Below are positions 1 to 11,679 of a DNA stretch of 64,000 nucleotides, one piece after another. Below the pieces are notes generated by a model. The model was not told the origin of the DNA. It did no database searches and saw nothing but the letters and a program-made list of their open reading frames with translations. How positions within the stretch are numbered: position 1 is the stretch's first letter; each line of letters opens with the position of its first letter. Origin of the DNA: Psammoneis japonica. Its lineage: Eukaryota. The stretch is taken from the NCBI GenBank assembly GCA_008632985.1, contig QPGO01000151.1:62001-126000 (forward strand), written 5' to 3'. The translations under genes were made by a program, and so were the position numbers.

Positions 1-939
1 AGCAACAGTCAACCAAAGACATTGATGTCATGTGCAAAAACTCATTTGGACAGGAAGAGGGAGATGTGCTCCAAAGGAAGTCAACTGCAGGGGCTTCCAG
101 TCAAACTTTGAAGATGACACCCCATCAATGGCAAGGTGCAGTCATAAAGCCAAAATGATCCACAAGAACTTCTGCAAAATTTTTGCCCAAGGGTTGCAGC
201 AAAAAGATGCAAAAGGGATTCAACAAAGAACAGCTGAGAAAAAAGCATGAGCTGCAAAAGAAACAACGGGCCAATCACATGGGGGAAGAAAGAAACCAAG
301 CTCACAAAAGAAGGAAACAGGCAAGGTTGAAGGAAAATGTCAGCAAAGAATCAGGCAAGGAAGGATTCAACGAAAAAGAGGGCAGTGATGCAGATGGCAA
401 TGGTGACATCATGCAGGAGATTGAAGTGCAAGAGGAAGGTGACTTCCAAAACAACAAAGGGGATGAAGGCCAGGACAACCACAAGGAGAGTGTGCATGAG
501 GACAGCAAAAAAGATGAAATTGTTGAGACTGAAGAAGGTTCCGTGCAGCAGATGGCAGTCACCAGCTCAGAAGACAATGACAGAGATGACAGCAAAGAGG
601 AAGGTGGCCTCCAAAACAATGACAGGGACAAAGGCCAGGACAGGAAGAGTGAGCACAAGGACAGCAAAGATCAGGGTGGGCACAACAAGGCTGAAAGTGC
701 ACCCAAAGAAAGGGCAAGTGATGCCAGTTTGGCAGAGCTGAGTGGCAGCACTGATCACTGATTTGCAGAGGGGCTTTCCTGGAGCATCGCAGATCTCCCA
801 AACATGCAGTGCCACAAATCCATCTGCAGGTGCTCATCCAGTGGTTCAGTTGCATCACACTGTTTGGCAAATGTGATGATTCGTTGGCATGGTTCATTTT
901 TGCTCAACAAAAGTGGCCAAGGCCATTGCCACTCATCCC

Positions 940-1297
940 ATGCAATGTTGATGCAACCATGTGTCAATTTTGCATTTTTTCTGTTGGTCAAAGTGGCTGT
1001 GGCCATTGCCACTCCCGCACAAAATTGATGCAGCCATGCGTTGATTTTGCACGTCGATCATGCATTTTTTCTGTCAGCCAAAGTGGCTGTGGACATTGCC
1101 ACTTGCGTGCAAAATTGATGCAACCACGCATCAATTTTGCATGTCAATTTTGTGCAAGTGGCTGTGGCTGTTGCCACTCCCATGCAAAATTGACATGACC
1201 ATGCATCGATTTTGCACTGTGGCTCATGTTGTGAGTGACTCCAATTGGCAAAACACCAGAGATGCAAAATTGATGTGACCATGTGTTGATTTTGCAC
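940..1297. repeat. Five degenerate copies of a ~34-bp palindromic unit, period ~75-90 bp
   Basis: Units like tgcaaaattgatgcaaccacgcatcaattttgca at ~941, 1018, 1108, 1183 and 1263; most spacers share gtggctgtggccattgccactccc. Confidence 0.8.
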
Positions 1298-1404
1298 TCA
1301 TCTGTCTGTCTTTCTGCATGCTGAGCACCTGATGCAGAACACCTCACAACCTGACCCCAGCCCCTCCCTTGCCAAATCCACTCTTTGAAGTCAGCCAAAA
1401 TGAC

Positions 1405-1520
1405 CATTGTTTTCCTTGACGTCAGCCAAAACAATGGGTTGTTTTCCTTGACATCAAAAAAAAAAAACAGTTTGTTTTCCCTGGCATCAACAAAAACAAC
1501 AGGTTGTTTTCCTTGTCAGA
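1405..1520. repeat. Short degenerate tandem repeat (gttttccttgacrtca..aaaaca x4), possibly subterminal repeats of a DNA transposon
   Basis: Four similar units at ~1408, 1440, 1474 and 1505. Confidence 0.5.
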
Positions 1521-1619
1521 GCAGACTCATCATCGTCCATGATGGCAGAAAACATCTGAGCATCAAACAACAATGACAGCCATCAATCCACAACAAACTT
1601 CAGTCAACAGGAGATGTGA

Positions 1620-4600
1620 AAAATTGTCCCCGCGAAATGACAACAACGATGCCAATTCATCTGCAACAAGTGACATCCTCTCTTGGAGAGGCAAACCACA
1701 GAAACCCAAATTAAACCACCAGCCGCACTGGCTTGGGAGGCCAAGACACATGGATGCAAGTCACAGGTGCCTGGCCTTGGTGCTGGGACATTGCAAAAAG
1801 ATGCAAGAGCAAAGGCTCCAACACCGCTCCCCCGTGACCAATTTTGCAAGCAGATCTGCCAAGTTCATTTCTGCACTCTCCTTGCCAACATGAATGGTGC
1901 CCACTGCAACCACCTCTCACACCACATGGCAGTTGATTGCACCATGCTTCTTGTGCAAAACCAATTCAGGAACACTTGCATTTTTTGCCACACCATGATC
2001 ATCACAAAAGACACTTGCCAGTCCTTCAAGAGGTGTGCCACACATTCAAAGCTTGTGGCACAAAGCAACAATCAATTCTTTGCAAATCTGCATCACAGCC
2101 AACGCTTCCAAACATCACCAACTCAACAGTGTTCTGCCACTTGCTGAACCATGTGATTGGCGTGTCATTGACAAACATGAAGATCCCACTGTGAGACCTG
2201 TGAGACCTGTGAGTTGCAACATTGCCTGCATGGTTGGCATCAATGGAGGCACAGATGTTTGCCGGGTTGCCCCAAGGCTTTGGCACTTGTGACGGCAGTT
2301 CCTCCTTGACATCCCCACAAAACTCAGTCCAACCAGCATTTGAGTTAAAAACAGATTCTTCAATCACTGGTTCCTTTGGATCAAATCCAATGCTTCTTCA
2401 TGTGCGCAAACACATGGTGCAATGCTTCAAGATGTCCCTTCCTTGGATTAGCCTGACACTGAGACAGGGTTGAAACTTCATGCAAAATGTCAATGCAACC
2501 CAACTTGATTGCCCAACAGCAAATTCCCATCAACTGCAAATGCCTGTCCACTGAATCGGCACCCAATTTGTCTGTCACATCCAGCTCCAGCTTGTGCTTT
2601 GGGGTCAAAGGATCCTTCAGGCAGTTCTTCAAAACTTCCCCATTGCCATCGTCATCCAAGAGGCCTTTGACAGTCTTGACAGCCATTCTTGACGCATGCC
2701 CCAGGGGGGAGCTTGCCCAAATGGCACGACCATCCTCAGTCTGAACCTTCTCAACATCAGCTCCAAGGTGGATCTCCAGCTCTCCTTTGCTGCCAGGTTT
2801 CATGGCAAAATGCTCACCCACAGCAGTGACAACAGACTTTCCCTGATGGAAAATGATCAGAATGTCATTGACATGAACCAGAAGCATTTCACAACACTCA
2901 TGCCTGTCCTCATGAGTCACCATGCACAAGCAAACATCAGGATCTGCTCTCAATGATTCAAAGCCTGAGTTGTGTTAGACCGATGCCAACACAGACCTCC
3001 AAGAGCATCCTGAGTTCTTCAGACCATGCAATGCCTGAGTGACAACTGGCACCTTGCCCTGACACTTGCCACATTCCTTGCCACCTTCAAACCATGTCTT
3101 CTCTGCACACGGCGCATTTGAGCATGCATTCTTTAGATCAATTGCTGCAATGTCAATTCTGTTCAAAGCTGCCAACAAGAAACCAAGCCATGCACTGTCT
3201 CTAGAAAAAACACTTGAGTGCATTGTTGATGCCAGAGCCTCTGTTGTGTGACCTCCTGCCACAAATCTGGCCTTTCCAGTGAAACCATCTTGTCATTGAA
3301 AACCAAATGACATTTGATCTCCTGACAACCATGCAAAGTTGTGCTCTTGCCTTCCCAGACAACTTGTGGGGTTTCAGCCTTGTGCTCACACCATGCCACT
3401 TTTACCTTCTCCATTTCTTTGTCAATTTCATGGGCCCAACAATCTGTCCCCACTTCCTGATCAATCTGCAATGCATCTTCTGTTGATTTGGGCAAATGCA
3501 CTCCAACCTTGGGAGTCACACCAGCACTTCTTCTCAACCTTTGATGTGATGCGGCTCCACTTGTGTGAGACATGTGTGACCCACCAAGCAAGTGCCGGTT
3601 CCTCTGTCAACCTGTTTGCAACAGCACACTCAGCAACTTCAATTGGGTCAGACTCTTTCAGATCTTCAAGCTTGACCCATGACAAGCTGCCATCTTTCCA
3701 TCCAACCAAAAATTTCCAGCCCTTTGTCATGATTTTCTTCTTCTCCTTCCCATCAGTGGTTCGCATGGTGCCCTCAGAAATGGGTGTCACATCACCCATC
3801 TTTTTACAATCCTGCATCTCCTGTGAGACAGAGTGCTGGTTGGCTTTGCTGTGGACCTGAGCAAACACATTCTCGGCAATTACATTGGCCATGGTGTGCT
3901 TGTCTGTGGTCCTGCCAGTGTGCTCCACTTTGTGCTCACGAGTGTCAAACAATGGGTTTTGGTGCCAAGTCCCAATTGGACGCTCATCCTGTCCTCTTGT
4001 GCATTTGGTTGCAACACCTGGCCATTCACCGTCAGCCCCAAAGTCAAACATGAGTTCCATGCCCAGATGCTGATCAATTGCCTGGTCATTGTCATCTTCC
4101 GGTCATTCATCCAGCAGCAACATGTCCCCGCATTCTTCATCTGTTGGCATGACACTGCCTTCACACTCCACACTGGGGTTGCCTTCGACAGCAAAGTCAT
4201 CCAATGCAAATGCCAGCGCAGCTTCGTCACCATGCAAAACAAAGCCAGTGTCATCCAATTGTGCTTCGAGTTGTTCATTGAAGTTGTCAACCTCAACACA
4301 AATGTCAGGCTGCACCATGTCAGCCTGCGTCACATGCTCCACTGATGTCTTAGAGACTGTCTCCCCACTTTCTGCAATGATCCAACAGCACATGTCCGAC
4401 CCTGCTTTGTGTGAGATGCCAAGCCATCATGCAAGCCTTTGTGAGTCATCCATTGCACTTGGCTTGTTGGGCCTGTCCCCCCACCAGACTAAGTCACAGA
4501 AACCAAAGTCTAAATGCTCGCCTGTCTCCGGCATCTGACCAGCAACCTCTTCATGCCCAGTCCTCTTGTCTCTTCTTCTTGCCATGCATGACACCAGTTC

Positions 4601-7600
4601 TGATTCACAAACAAGACCAAAGTCCCACAGCCATTTTGGCACCTTCTTCTTTGTCTCATCCTCAGCCACCAACGCTTGGCCAAGAAACCGATTTTGTGCT
4701 CCACTGCCTGATTCTGGTTCTTTTGACCCTGTTCTGATGTCCTCAGCTGAATCCTTGTGCATCGCACATGATTCACAAATTTGGTGCTGCGTCCAGTGAA
4801 CTCTCCTGCTCCATCTGACATGAGACATTCTGGTGCACCCATGTCATCTGCAAATTCAACGAGAGACAAGCTTGCCTCCGACCTTGCGGTCATTGGCACA
4901 ACCTTCACAAATTTGCCCTGAGTGCAAATGTTGGCACACATGTTGCCGAGCAAAGACTTCACCTTGGACAATGAAGTGTCCATGGACCATGTCCCTTTCA
5001 GTCATTTGCGGTGCAAATCCAGGTGATCCACCCTCACTCTCCTGACATTGGCTGAGTTGCCATCCAAACACCATGCTGTTTCCAAGCCAACATTCCACTT
5101 CCAAGCCAACTCCTTGGCATTGATCTTAGAGTGTTGATGCTTGCTGTGCAGCTCTCTGACAGACCTTTCTTTGCTGTCCATGTCATCACGATGTGCACAA
5201 GCCACATTGGCTGAACCAACAAGCCTGTCACAGAATGATTGGAGGTGGCAAATTGGGGATGCACTGGTTGGCTCCACTTCAACTTTGCCCATCAAACCGC
5301 TTGGAACTTTGCCCTGTTGCATCTCATCTCCTCGATTTGTTCCTGTCACATGCCAGAGATCAACAATTAAACAGCGCGCATCTTTGACTGTTCCCCAGTC
5401 CATCCAGGTGAGCCCATGTCAATTTCTGTTGGATTCCATGCATCACCAGTCAGGAGCACAACCGGCAAATTTTGCTCCTCCAAATCTGTTGGAACACAAG
5501 ATTTGAAGGATGCAATTGTCCCCGTGGTGGTGAAGGGGATGAAAGACTCATCAGCTTCAATGCCAAAACCATTTCGGGTGTCGCAAGGGTTGTCATGCAC
5601 AGGCAAGTTGTGTGCCCAATGTTGATTGGGATTCAAGAGTGAGTGTTCCATGTCTGTTCCAAACCAAAGCATTCAGTCACCAACCAGCAGACATTCATGA
5701 GTCGTCTCTGGATCCGTCCACACAGTGCAACAATGCACCACAGGAACCTGTTTGATTGGCTCATGAGAGTCTAAGAAGGGGCAAACTTCACACACTTTGT
5801 TTGTCAATTCCACAAGTTTCCAGTTTGCTCCAGTGCAACATGCATCCACATGAGCATCACATTCATTCTGAGTGGCAAAAACAGGTGTGGTCAAATTCAT
5901 CATTGAGGCAGAAGTTGTTGATGAAATCACACATTTCAATGTTGCAGCAGTGCGCCTTGTTGTCACGTTTTCATTCAATTGGAAAATTGGGTGGGGTTCA
6001 GGCAACAGCAACAAGAGTGACACAAGCAAGACAGACAAGTGCACCATGTGCACCAACATTCCAGCAGCTTTGACCACCACCCCCAGCAGTCAAGTGAAAC
6101 TGTGGTGAGCTCCATGACTGAAAGCACGACCATTGCGTCCGCTGCGATCATGATCACCACCGCAACCATGACTGCCACCTTCATTCTGTGCCTGTTTGGA
6201 CTGTTTGCTTTGGTCCTCTTGATGAACGTGGGCTTCTGCTGCATGCCTGCTGCTGCCACCATCATGTCTGCTCCTTCCTGCAGGAGAACCGCGACCACCA
6301 CTGCATCCTTGCCCCATTTGTTCATGAGCACAGAAAACACAGTTGATTCCTCCGTTGAAACAGAGCTTGTCCCATCATTGAGGAGAAAAGCTCCTTGTGG
6401 GGTTGGAAACATTGACCCCATTGATCACAGTGGCATGGTCACCGCCTCTACCTTGACCCTGACCTTGACGTCCACCACGTCCTCTGCCGTGGCCGCACCC
6501 CCATGGAAACCACGGCCGCTGCTGCCTCCATGGCTAAATTTGGAAATCTTGCATTTGGTGTGACACCGGGCTTCCAACTGGGCACCTGCATGCAAATGAG
6601 AGACTTTGGATGAGAAGAAAGCACATGCCCCCGCAAAGTCACGAGGATGCTGGCTGCCAATGACAGCCATTGCTGCAATGAGACGTGGATCATCTGACCG
6701 GATTCCTTTCAAAAGAATTTCCACCTTCTGTCACTCAGACTTGTGGTCATCCAGGGATTTGTCCAAAGTGGCAAAAGCACTGGCGAGCTTCCAATTGAAT
6801 TTCTCAAATGGGAGTGACCCTTCCTTCTTGTAAAATGATGATTTGACATTGGCCGTTGCCAGGTGAATGCACTTGCTTGGCTTGCATCACCAAATGGTTC
6901 CATCTGAGCCCATCCTGCCATGTCAATCAAATGTTCCTTCAGCACACAAGATGTGCTGCAATTGTCCTCATCAAATGTGCTCCATTCAATGGCAACTGAC
7001 ACACATGCTGCTGCTGAGCATCCGTGAACATGGCTGGAGCCAACATCCTCCTTGCTGCGTGCCAAAGTGGCTCCTTCAAAACACAAAACTTCTGTGCCAA
7101 GAGATTCAAGAAAGCATCCTCACATGCATTGAAGTCCTCAGACTTAAACTTGATGAGACTGCTCACTGATGCATCTGATTCAGTGTGCTCCTTTTCAACT
7201 TGTCTGCCGTTTGGAGCCGAAGTCATGGCTGCTGCATTAAAATCTGCCACAACTGGCACTTGACTCCTCTTCAAATGATCCTGGCACCACCATGCCAACG
7301 CCTGCAAGTTCTTGATTTGGGCAGTGCCAAGAGTCACATGGCCATCTGCTGCAGTGCACGAGCCACCCTTTGCGCCAAGTCTTCAACATTGTGGTCATTT
7401 TCCACAACTGCAATGTTCTCCAAGGTTGCAAACCCTTCACAGAAGACCAATCTCGCCCTCACACTCTGGTCAACAACAACACAAACTTGTAAAACTGCAT
7501 CAATGTCAGCTGCCACCGCCAAAGCCGCAAGTGCTGCTGCCGCTGCCATCCTGTGGCAAAGAAACACCAATGTCCCCCCATGCGGGGAACAAGTGGCTCT

Positions 7601-8202
7601 GTGAGTCTGCATGGTCATGGAGGTTGCACTTTTCCAGTGTTGTGATGATGGGTTCACATGGCCACCTGACATCAGGGTGATCAGTCCTGTGTCGTTCAAC
7701 TTCATTGAGCATGCACTCGGGCATGCTGCCCACCAACACCGCAGCCCCCTCACACCCATTGTGTGTGTGAGGACAGCGACTGTCTTTGCGAGTGTTTTCC
7801 ATTGCAAGCTGTTCTGTGGACTATGCAGGCAACACGAGATGCATCTTCATGCACAACAATCTGAATTCTGATGCCATGCATACGATTCAGTGCCGATTCT
7901 ACAGCTGCACGTTCCATGCAAGCAACACAACGAACAACCGTGCAGGACGAACTGCGCTTGCAACCATTTCGATCAGCGTTTTGCTGATGGCTCTGATAAA
8001 GCAAATAAATCCTGATGTAATGAGAGGACGAGTGCAACACCTTAAGCCTAAAGAAAGTGGCAACAATGTCAATGTGAACCTGGACCTGATTAGATTGTGG
8101 GAGAGAACAATCATCACCAGTGTGTCTGCCCTGACCAGGGACAGACCACTCCATCCAAATTCATGGTTCCACCCGCCCGCCCATCACCCGATATCATCGT
8201 CA
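1620..8202 (-). mobile_element. Degenerate Ty1/copia LTR retrotransposon (diatom CoDi-like), order gag-PR-IN-RT-RNaseH
   Basis: Minus-strand fragments in copia order: gag (~7560-6430, IKNLQALAWW); protease (NECDAHVDACCTGAN, HSLLNPNQ, ~5900-5400); integrase (MDTSLSKVKSLLGN..LMSDGAGEFTG, ~4980-4300); WKDGSLSWVKLEDLKESDPIEVAE linker; RT (IDLKNACSNAP, LVHVNDIL for YVDD, ~3300-2400); RNase H (DANHAGNVAT, NLADLLAK, ~2300-1795). PPT-like atttcgcggggac at ~1626-1638. Confidence 0.92.
7990..8202 (-). repeat. Possible 5' LTR (TG at 8202 to CA at ~8013) and PBS-like TATCAGAGC (7990-7998) of the copia element
   Basis: Minus strand TGACGATG...TTACATCA followed ~14 nt later by TATCAGAGC, the core of the tRNA-iMet PBS TGGTATCAGAGC. 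No matching 3' LTR was seen. Confidence 0.35.
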
Positions 8203-8509
8203 GTCTCCCATGTTCAATGTTCAATGTGCTGGGAACGGAGCTTAGTAAAAGCTCTTCTCTCTAATGTTTTCTGCTCTTAGCTTTAGCAGAAGGTAGCTAG
8301 TGCTAGAGGTAAACAAAAAACAGCGATGATAATGCAGGAGCTAGACTGCCAAGACGTGCATAGAAGCGATTACAAAAAGTTCATTGAAAAACTGCAAACT
8401 ACACTACCAATAATTGAGCAAACATTTTATTTGTCTTGGTCATTCCCCACCCAGTTCCCCGTCCCATCCATAATATCTTCGCCCTATCAATAAACTGCTA
8501 GGAGATCAA

Positions 8510-9337
8510 TCAATCCGATCCAGGTTTTTCCTTTCCTTGCTCGGCAATTGCAGCTTTAACCGCGGATTTCTTTGCTCTTTTCGACATCTTTCCAACTACC
8601 ACAGACGCCTCTTTCCTTATCCGACGTGTTATGGATAGAATCTCGTCACTGGGCTTTCCATGGATATCACTGAGCTTTGACTTGGCAAACTGCAAAGTGC
8701 ACACTGCGTCTTCCTGGGATTCATATTCTCCAAGGTACAACAACCGCCCTTCCAACGGGTATTGAATCTTCCACTTTCCATCCTTGCCATGATACACGTG
8801 TTTGATCGATCCGGGTGCTGTTTTCTTTCCCGCCGGAGCCTTGTTTTCGACTAGTGCTGAGAACGATGGATCGCTCGCTTTTTTGTTTTCAAGAGCCTCA
8901 CGTATTTCTTTTCTTAGTTCGCGAACCCCTTTCACGACCTCGTCATTTGACTTGCCACGATGGACCTCCAGTTTTGGCTTTCCGAGCTCCAACGCAAAAA
9001 GAGCCTCCTCTTTCGTCGAATAGCTTCCTAAGCTCCGACCCCTTCCTTCAAATGGATATTGTACGTACCATCTACCGTTGCCCTGTAGGTTTACGTACAG
9101 AACCTTCTGGTCCTTCGTCTCGAGAGATTTGGAACGTTTCCTTTTTGGCGACTGAGCCTGTTCAGCCATCTTTCTCTTCTTCGGGGCAATTTTGGCTGCA
9201 TTTTCGGCTTGACTTTCAACAGGCTGCGCTGCCTCCTCGTCGCGAAAATATGTGAGCGGCCTCTGAAAGACTTGAGCAACACGGTATGCAATTCCGTGAT
9301 GATCAGGTGATCCTTGTTGCGATGCCGTATTTCCCAT
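8510..9337 (-). CDS. Protein with two AP2-like DNA-binding domains (~275 aa from the first ATG)
   Basis: Two repeats, YVNLQGNGRWYVQYPFEGRGRSLGSYSTKEEA and HVYHGKDGKWKIQYPLEGRLLYLGEYESQEDA, match the AP2 pattern W.A.I...GK...LG.F.T.EEA. Basic NLS-like PKKRK. The ORF-track start at 9484 is TTG; the first ATG is 9337 (MGNTAS). Confidence 0.75.
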   Translation of the reverse strand: MGNTASQQGSPDHHGIAYRVAQVFQRPLTYFRDEEAAQPVESQAENAAKIAPKKRKMAEQAQSPKRKRSKSLETKDQKVLYVNLQGNGRWYVQYPFEGRGRSLGSYSTKEEALFALELGKPKLEVHRGKSNDEVVKGVRELRKEIREALENKKASDPSFSALVENKAPAGKKTAPGSIKHVYHGKDGKWKIQYPLEGRLLYLGEYESQEDAVCTLQFAKSKLSDIHGKPSDEILSITRRIRKEASVVVGKMSKRAKKSAVKAAIAEQGKEKPGSD

Positions 9338-9559
9338 TTTGTCAACTTCTTGCGTCCGGAGATTTTTTTTTTTAACCAAACGTTTCAACAGGCTTTGCTC
9401 TCGACGACGCTTATTGAAACTGTTCACGACCTTGTGATTAAAAACCGGTACCCGTTTTCTGATCACGACGATGTCAGAGGGCAATCATCCATCTGGCGTT
9501 GTGATGACCTGCGACCTGCGACAATTGCTACCTTTGAGTCTTGCGTCGTCCCAAACTTT

Positions 9560-11650
9560 CGAAAAAAATTGGCATGTCTGATCATCGTCGCACTGTGGAA
9601 ATGGTGTGGCACAAGCAGCAGATCACTCGTCTCCATTCTCCATCTCATCCGTTTTGTGCATGACACCACACGCAACTGTCCCGATGTGCTTGGAAATGTG
9701 AGGTCACCATCAGAGGGGCCTCACCAATCAGCAACGGGTGTCACTCATTGGTGGGTGCCTCCTCCACCAGAACCTCTCACCACAACTTGGTTTGTTGCAA
9801 CCTTTGTCAGAGCTCAAGTCTTCTTTTGGCTGGATCTTGCAACACTGCTGGTGCAGCTGGAGCCCACAAGGTGGCATGGCTCAATCCCCCTTCTCTTGTG
9901 ATTTGTTTCTGTGGGAAGCCAAGCCATTTGGAGCAATGCCAGGCCCAGCAAAATGAAAAAAGAGTGCGCCGTTGCGTGCTCATGTGCAGCCAGCCTTCAC
10001 ACACAAAAATTCCAAGCAGCAAGACCAAACAATGCTCCACAGATGAAAGAGAGCATCCACCTCAAAAAGAGGAAAAGTGTGCTCAGAGCAGCAGAGAGAA
10101 CCCAGCAGCTCCTCTCTTGGAAGGCAGGGTGAGCATTTCTGGAGAACGAAGTTTGTGCTCTTGCTCAAAGAGTGGGCTTCTTTGTGAACTTGCAGCTGGT
10201 CCAAAGCACAGTGAGCAAGGAAGTCCACACTCACTCATTGTCTTGCTGATTGTGTCAGATTGTGCAGCTCATTTTGGGAAGTCTGCTGCTCATTTGCAGC
10301 TTGTCAAAGCCTTCCCCCCCCCCCCCCCCTGTGGCAAATGCCAAAGCAACTGTGAAAAAGGCATGTTTGGAACAAAAGTGCATGAAAAAGCACAACAGTT
10401 TCTTGGCCCAAAGTCTTTAAAGAATGCAAAGCACTGCTTTCACAGTGCTGCACCGAGGATGGCACACAAGTGAGGCTGAGTGTGTTGTCCTGTCATTTTG
10501 ACGGCTCAAATGTGAGTGTGGTTTTGAGCAGCTGGCACTCTGGCTCTTGTTGTCATGAGATTTTCTGGTGTCTAAGTTGGGGGCAAGGCAGAGAAAATTG
10601 GCAGCACCATGGGAGCTGGTGTGCACATGCGTGCCCTGCTGCCATTTGACTGCACATGATGTTGTGTCTGTGCTCTCCCACTTGTGACAGGTGCCCAACC
10701 TCCTGGCAGGCAGTGCCTCATGGAGCTCACATTTGACAATTTGCCCTCAGCATCACATTGCAGCCTTGCATGTGTGGGTTGAAGTTGGCACCAGTGTGTT
10801 CGGCATTTGCACTTGTGTGCCACAATGCAGGAGAGGCAGTTTTGCAGTGCTCGCTCATTTTGCGAGGCCATTGAAAAGGCAGGCTGCTTTTTGCAGCAAG
10901 AACTCAGATGCGTGGGGGAGCCAGCTGCATGACCACAGTTCTTTCTCCCACTGGCTGCTGGAGCACTTGCTCTGAGTGCACATCATTTTGCACCTGGTGC
11001 TCTCTACATTCTTGCAGCACTCCTTCTCACTTGTTGTCAATCATGAAATCGTGCAGCAATGGTTCTCAACAAAGCCTCCCAGGGAGACAAAATGTGGGCT
11101 CACACCAGTGCTTTCTCCAGCTGCTGGGCTCTTGTTGGCATCACAGCACACACCTTGACTGTTTTGTGCCACCACCACTGCATTGTCAGCCAACTCCATT
11201 GAAAGACCATGCCTTGAAAATGTGTTGTTGACACCACCCACTCACAGAGGTTGGTGTGGTCAGGTGTTGTTCATTTTGATGATGCTCTTGACAAGCAGGA
11301 AGCTGTGCTCTTTGGTCCAAGCTGGTGCACTTGCTTGGAGTTGTGAACACACCAAACCTGGAGCAACTCTTCCATCTCATGCTGTCTCAGCTTGTTCATG
11401 GGGTTGCAAATTGGCAACAATGGCTGCTGCCCTCACTCAGTGGTGCAAGCACATCAAGGAGGTCTGTCACCTGCTGGGCCAGTTGCACTTGTTGAGTGAA
11501 CTTGTCCTGTGGGCATCCAACTAACTGCCTCTGTCATCTGCTGCTTTTTGCGCCTGTTGTTCTCGAACGGCTGCCATCTCACGACATGGCTTGGTTGCAC
11601 TCCCACCTGTCCCACACCACCCTCTTGCCCTCTGCCACCCAGCTTTGGGT
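9560..11650. other. TpA/CpG-depleted block 2 (unidentified degenerate repeat)
   Basis: TA nearly absent; Tyr-free, Cys/His-rich spurious ORFs; no recognisable domain. Confidence 0.8.
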
Positions 11651-11652
11651 TT

Positions 11653-11679
11653 GAGAGAGAGAGAGAGAGAGAGAGAGAG
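11653..11679. repeat. (GA)n microsatellite
   Basis: gagaga run of ~13 units at the edge of the depleted block. Confidence 0.9.

Larger units (their letters stand above)
1..7800. other. TpA- and CpG-depleted transposon-derived block 1
   Basis: About 20 TA dinucleotides by eye in 7.8 kb and few CG; ORFs lack Tyr and are Cys/His-rich; contains a copia relic and degenerate repeats. Confidence 0.9.

Noticed and set aside
183..761. 192-aa acidic/lysine-rich ORF as a functional gene
   Set aside because: It lies in TA/CG-stripped DNA, has no Tyr and is low complexity; at best a mutated relic.
940..1297. CRISPR-like array of palindromic repeats with spacers
   Set aside because: Spacers resemble each other, repeats are degenerate, the context is eukaryotic and there are no cas genes.
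1560..1625. 3' LTR of the copia element
   Set aside because: The sequence after the PPT-like motif does not match the 8013-8202 candidate LTR by eye.
1..7800. Classical fungal RIP as the cause of degeneration
   Set aside because: RIP enriches TpA and depletes CpA/TpG; the pattern here is the reverse.
7786..8280. 164-aa plus-strand ORF
   Set aside because: Non-ATG start, no recognisable motif, and antisense to the retroelement leader/LTR.
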